Shown: piece after piece, positions 24,097 through 26,997 of the stretch | Position numbering within the stretch: position 1 is the first letter of the stretch | How the letters are laid out: each line of letters begins with the position of its first letter | Origin: a candidate division FCPU426 bacterium | GTDB lineage: Bacteria; Oederibacteriota; Muellerivitia; Muellerivitales; Muellerivitaceae | Length of the DNA stretch: 26,997 nt | Direction: 5' to 3' | Assembly (NCBI GenBank): GCA_963830915.1 | Contig: CAWHOE010000009.1 | Coordinates: 1 to 26,997 of the forward strand | The notes under the pieces: model-generated | Seen by the model: the letters and a program-made list of their open reading frames with translations, nothing else | What the model was told of the DNA's origin: nothing | Database searches by the model: none | Position numbers and translations under genes: made by a program

Positions 24097-25989
24097 ATGT
24101 GCGGGATCGCGGGATTCGTACAATTTAAGCCGGGGATGCCCCTGAAGAAACAAGCCCTGGAAGAGATGACCGAGACCCTCCATCACCGGGGACCGGATGA
24201 GAAGGGTTTTTACATGAAGGGGCCGGTCGGCCTCGGGATGACCCGTCTATCCATCGTGGACGTGCAGGGAGGGAGCCAGCCCATCTCCAATGAGCGGGGA
24301 AGCGTCTGGGTTGTCTTCAATGGGGAGATCTACAACCAGCTGGAATTGCGGAACCAGTTGGAAACCGCGGGGCACCGGTTTTCCACCAAGTCCGACACCG
24401 AAGTGATCGTCCACGCTTACGAGGAATATGGCGACGCCTTCATCGGCAAGTTGAGAGGCATGTTCGCATTCGCTCTTTGGGACGAGACTTTCCAAAAACT
24501 TCTCTTGGTCCGCGACCACATGGGGGTGAAACCCCTTTACTACACCACCGCTGACGGTTCGCTGATATTCGGCTCGGAGATCAAGGCGCTCCTTTCCGTC
24601 CCGACCGTGACCCGTCAGGTGGACACCAAACAGATACTGACCTTGATGACCCTTCAATATGTCCCTTCGCCCGATACCCTTCTCAAGGGAATACGAAAGA
24701 TACCCGCCGCCCATTACCTGATCTGCCAAAAAGGCCGGATGCTGGTGAGGCCTTTCTGGGAGCTTTCCCATTTGAACCCCATCCCGGAAGAGAAAGAGAT
24801 CACGAAAGAAAAACATAACGGCTGGGTGGAGGAGATCCAACAGAGGTTCTTTACCAGCGTCAAGGAACAGCTCATGGCGGATGTGCCGTTGGGGGCTTTC
24901 CTGTCGGGCGGGTTGGACTCTTCCCTGGTCGTGGCTTCCATGACGCACCAGACCCATCGACCGGTCAAGACCTACTCGGTGGGTTTCGCCAATGAAAGGG
25001 ATTTCAACGAGCTGAAATATTCCCGGAAGGTTTCCCGCTACCTGAAGAGCCAGCACCGGGAGATCATGGTGGACGCTCGGATGCTCAACGACCTGATCCC
25101 CAAACTGGTGAAATATCAGGATGACCCGGTCATCGACCCGGCTTCCTTGCCGACCTTCGTGGTTTCCCTTTTCGCACGGCAGGAAGTGAAGGTGGTCCTG
25201 ACAGGGGAAGGGGCGGATGAGCTTTTCGGGGGGTATCGGCGCTACGCTTTCGACCAGCTATCGGGAAAAGCCAGGTCCCTGCCGGGCTGGCTTAAAAGCC
25301 TGGTGCCATTCTTGACCGGAGGGCTGAAAGACCCCTATCACCAGGCCTGGCAGGCCCTTCAGAAAGAGGACCTGGTGAAACGACATTTAGCCTGGTCCCG
25401 ATTGAGCCTGGAATCGACATTGAAGGAATTGGCCGGGGAAAAGCTGCTCTATGAAATGGAGCACTCCAAGGTCGAGGAATCTATCGAAAGGATATTTGAG
25501 TCGGCCGAACCCTATGGATTCGATAATTTCAACGTGATGCTTTATATGGACATGAAAACCTGGCTCCCCGATGACCTGTTGAACAAGGTGGATAGGATGA
25601 GCATGGCGGCATCACTGGAGGCCCGGGTGCCTTATCTGGACCATCGGCTGGTCGAGTTCGCCTTTTCCTTACCCTCGTCCATGAAGCTGAGGGGAGGGGT
25701 CAGTAAATACATCCTCAAACGGGCGGCTCAAAAATACCTGCCCAAGGACATCATTTACCGGCAAAAGAAAGGATTCGCGGTTCCTTTAGGACCCTGGTTC
25801 CGGAAGGAATTAAAACCCCTCCTGGTAGACACATTCCACTCGGAGAAGTTCCAAAAAAGAGGCTATTTCAACCTGGCCAAAACGGAACAATTGCTCCAGG
25901 AGCATCTATCTGGGCGCCAGGATCATCACTTGCTTCTCTATGGCCTTTTGCTGGTTGAGCTGTGGCATAAACGATTTGTGGATGTTTAA
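24097..25989 (+). CDS. asnB: Asparagine synthase (glutamine-hydrolysing)-family amidotransferase
   Basis: 'MCGIAG', 'HRGPD', 'FNGEIYN', 'FLSGGLDSS', 'LTGEGADELFGGY', 'KVDRMSMAASLEARVPYLD'. In a glycan locus it probably amidates a polysaccharide (inference). Confidence 0.93.
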   Translation: MCGIAGFVQFKPGMPLKKQALEEMTETLHHRGPDEKGFYMKGPVGLGMTRLSIVDVQGGSQPISNERGSVWVVFNGEIYNQLELRNQLETAGHRFSTKSDTEVIVHAYEEYGDAFIGKLRGMFAFALWDETFQKLLLVRDHMGVKPLYYTTADGSLIFGSEIKALLSVPTVTRQVDTKQILTLMTLQYVPSPDTLLKGIRKIPAAHYLICQKGRMLVRPFWELSHLNPIPEEKEITKEKHNGWVEEIQQRFFTSVKEQLMADVPLGAFLSGGLDSSLVVASMTHQTHRPVKTYSVGFANERDFNELKYSRKVSRYLKSQHREIMVDARMLNDLIPKLVKYQDDPVIDPASLPTFVVSLFARQEVKVVLTGEGADELFGGYRRYAFDQLSGKARSLPGWLKSLVPFLTGGLKDPYHQAWQALQKEDLVKRHLAWSRLSLESTLKELAGEKLLYEMEHSKVEESIERIFESAEPYGFDNFNVMLYMDMKTWLPDDLLNKVDRMSMAASLEARVPYLDHRLVEFAFSLPSSMKLRGGVSKYILKRAAQKYLPKDIIYRQKKGFAVPLGPWFRKELKPLLVDTFHSEKFQKRGYFNLAKTEQLLQEHLSGRQDHHLLLYGLLLVELWHKRFVDV

Positions 25990-26179
25990 AATCGAGGTTT
26001 TTAGAGGTTTTTTGACCAGAATCACCGCCTAAGTCCTTCATTGTTTGACCTCCAACCACATTTCTTGTACAATGACCCTCCTTTTTGGCCGATTTCGTTG
26101 AAAAATAAGGCTTTTTTGCCTTATATCCCCGAATAACAAGGGTTTTTCCCAATTCTGATGGAACTTAAGGAGTTTTGGA

Positions 26180-26737
26180 ATGCTTACCGTTATGGACCTG
26201 CGCGCCGGTAACCTTTGCGAGTTTGATGGTGTCCTTTTTCGAGTCACTTCTTATCAACATGTTAAACCGGGTAAGGGCGGGGGCTTTGTCCGTTTGAAAT
26301 TGAAGAACGTCGAGTTGGGAACCGTGACCGATAAAACCCTGGATAGCTGGGAAAAAGTACCGGAGCCAGCGGTCGAAGAAAAAGAAATGCAGTACATGTA
26401 CAAACAAGGCGACAAGTTTATTTTCATGGATAACGAAACCTTTGAACAGTTGGAACTAACCGAGGAAGAGGTTGGGGAAGGGTTCCAATGGCTGAAAGAA
26501 GAAATGTCCATCGAGGTTCTTTTCTACAAAGAGCGTCCCATTAGCGTCAAGCTACCGATCACCGTCAACCTTAAGGTTGTTTCCAGCGAGCCCGGGATCA
26601 AGGGTGACCGGGTTTCCGGGGCCAGCAAACCCGCCACTTTGGAAAGCGGGGCCACCATCCAGGTGCCCCTATTCGTCAAGGAAGGCGATGAGATCAAGAT
26701 CGATACGAGAACTGGGGAGTATTTAGAGAGGGTCTGA
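26180..26737 (+). CDS. efp: Translation elongation factor P
   Basis: 'HVKPGKGGGFVR', 'PGIKGD', 'KPATLESG...VPLFVKEGDEIKIDTRTGEYLER'. Confidence 0.97.
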   Translation: MLTVMDLRAGNLCEFDGVLFRVTSYQHVKPGKGGGFVRLKLKNVELGTVTDKTLDSWEKVPEPAVEEKEMQYMYKQGDKFIFMDNETFEQLELTEEEVGEGFQWLKEEMSIEVLFYKERPISVKLPITVNLKVVSSEPGIKGDRVSGASKPATLESGATIQVPLFVKEGDEIKIDTRTGEYLERV

Positions 26738-26792
26738 GCTTTCGATTGTTCGGCAGTTGTCTCAAAGCGGTCCTTGAAAGGAGCAACAACTG

Positions 26793-26997
26793 ATGACGAC
26801 TAACCCAGAAAAAATTGAGGGTCCCAAGCCCGAGAAAAAGAAAAGGTCTGCGGTTCCTTCAGTCAAGAAATTAAAGGTCAATCCGAAACTTTCCATCGTT
26901 CAGGATGTGATCGAGCTGATGAATGAGGCCCAGATCAATGAGCTGCATTTCGAACAATCGGGCGTCAAGATCCACCTGCGCAAGGGTCCCGGTGGTC
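26793..26997 (+). CDS. accB: Acetyl-CoA carboxylase biotin carboxyl carrier protein, 3'-truncated by the window
   Basis: AAGGAG RBS; 'VQDVIELMNEAQINELHFEQSGVKIHLRK' is the BCCP N-terminal pattern; efp-accB synteny is common. Confidence 0.75.
   Translation, partial: MTTNPEKIEGPKPEKKKRSAVPSVKKLKVNPKLSIVQDVIELMNEAQINELHFEQSGVKIHLRKGPGG

Noticed and set aside
1189..25056. Many antisense or overlapping ORFs (e.g. 1189..1986, 18353..19261, 24247..25056)
   Set aside because: Shadow frames of GC-rich genes with no recognisable motifs.

Overview
Bacterial chromosomal window with a GC-rich backbone. From left to right it carries the end of a Thr/Pro-rich surface protein, a GT9 glycosyltransferase and two membrane genes. 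Then comes a visibly AT-richer accessory island (~3.8-8.9 kb), a hierarchical non-coding repeat block (~9.0-10.35 kb), and a minus-strand heme operon (hemD-hemE fusion, ferrochelatase, HemY-type oxidase) followed by a pseudouridine synthase and a lipoprotein. The rest holds an NHL-repeat membrane protein, a cupin, a surface-glycan locus (methyltransferase, Trm112-like, 2x GT4, GT-C, asnB), efp and the start of accB. The most interesting part is the island: short, unrelated, co-oriented ORFs are separated by a ~30-bp imperfect palindrome with an invariant GGGGACCC core (8 cores, all in one orientation). This looks like an integron-style cassette array, but it has no attC motifs and no integrase. 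Two of the sites look like reciprocal hybrids exchanged at the core. They bracket an HUH (Y1/RAYT-like) transposase gene that has its own 37-bp inverted repeats. Several single-base frameshifts in housekeeping-type genes suggest assembly indel errors. All calls come from reading the sequence by eye; no database searches were run.
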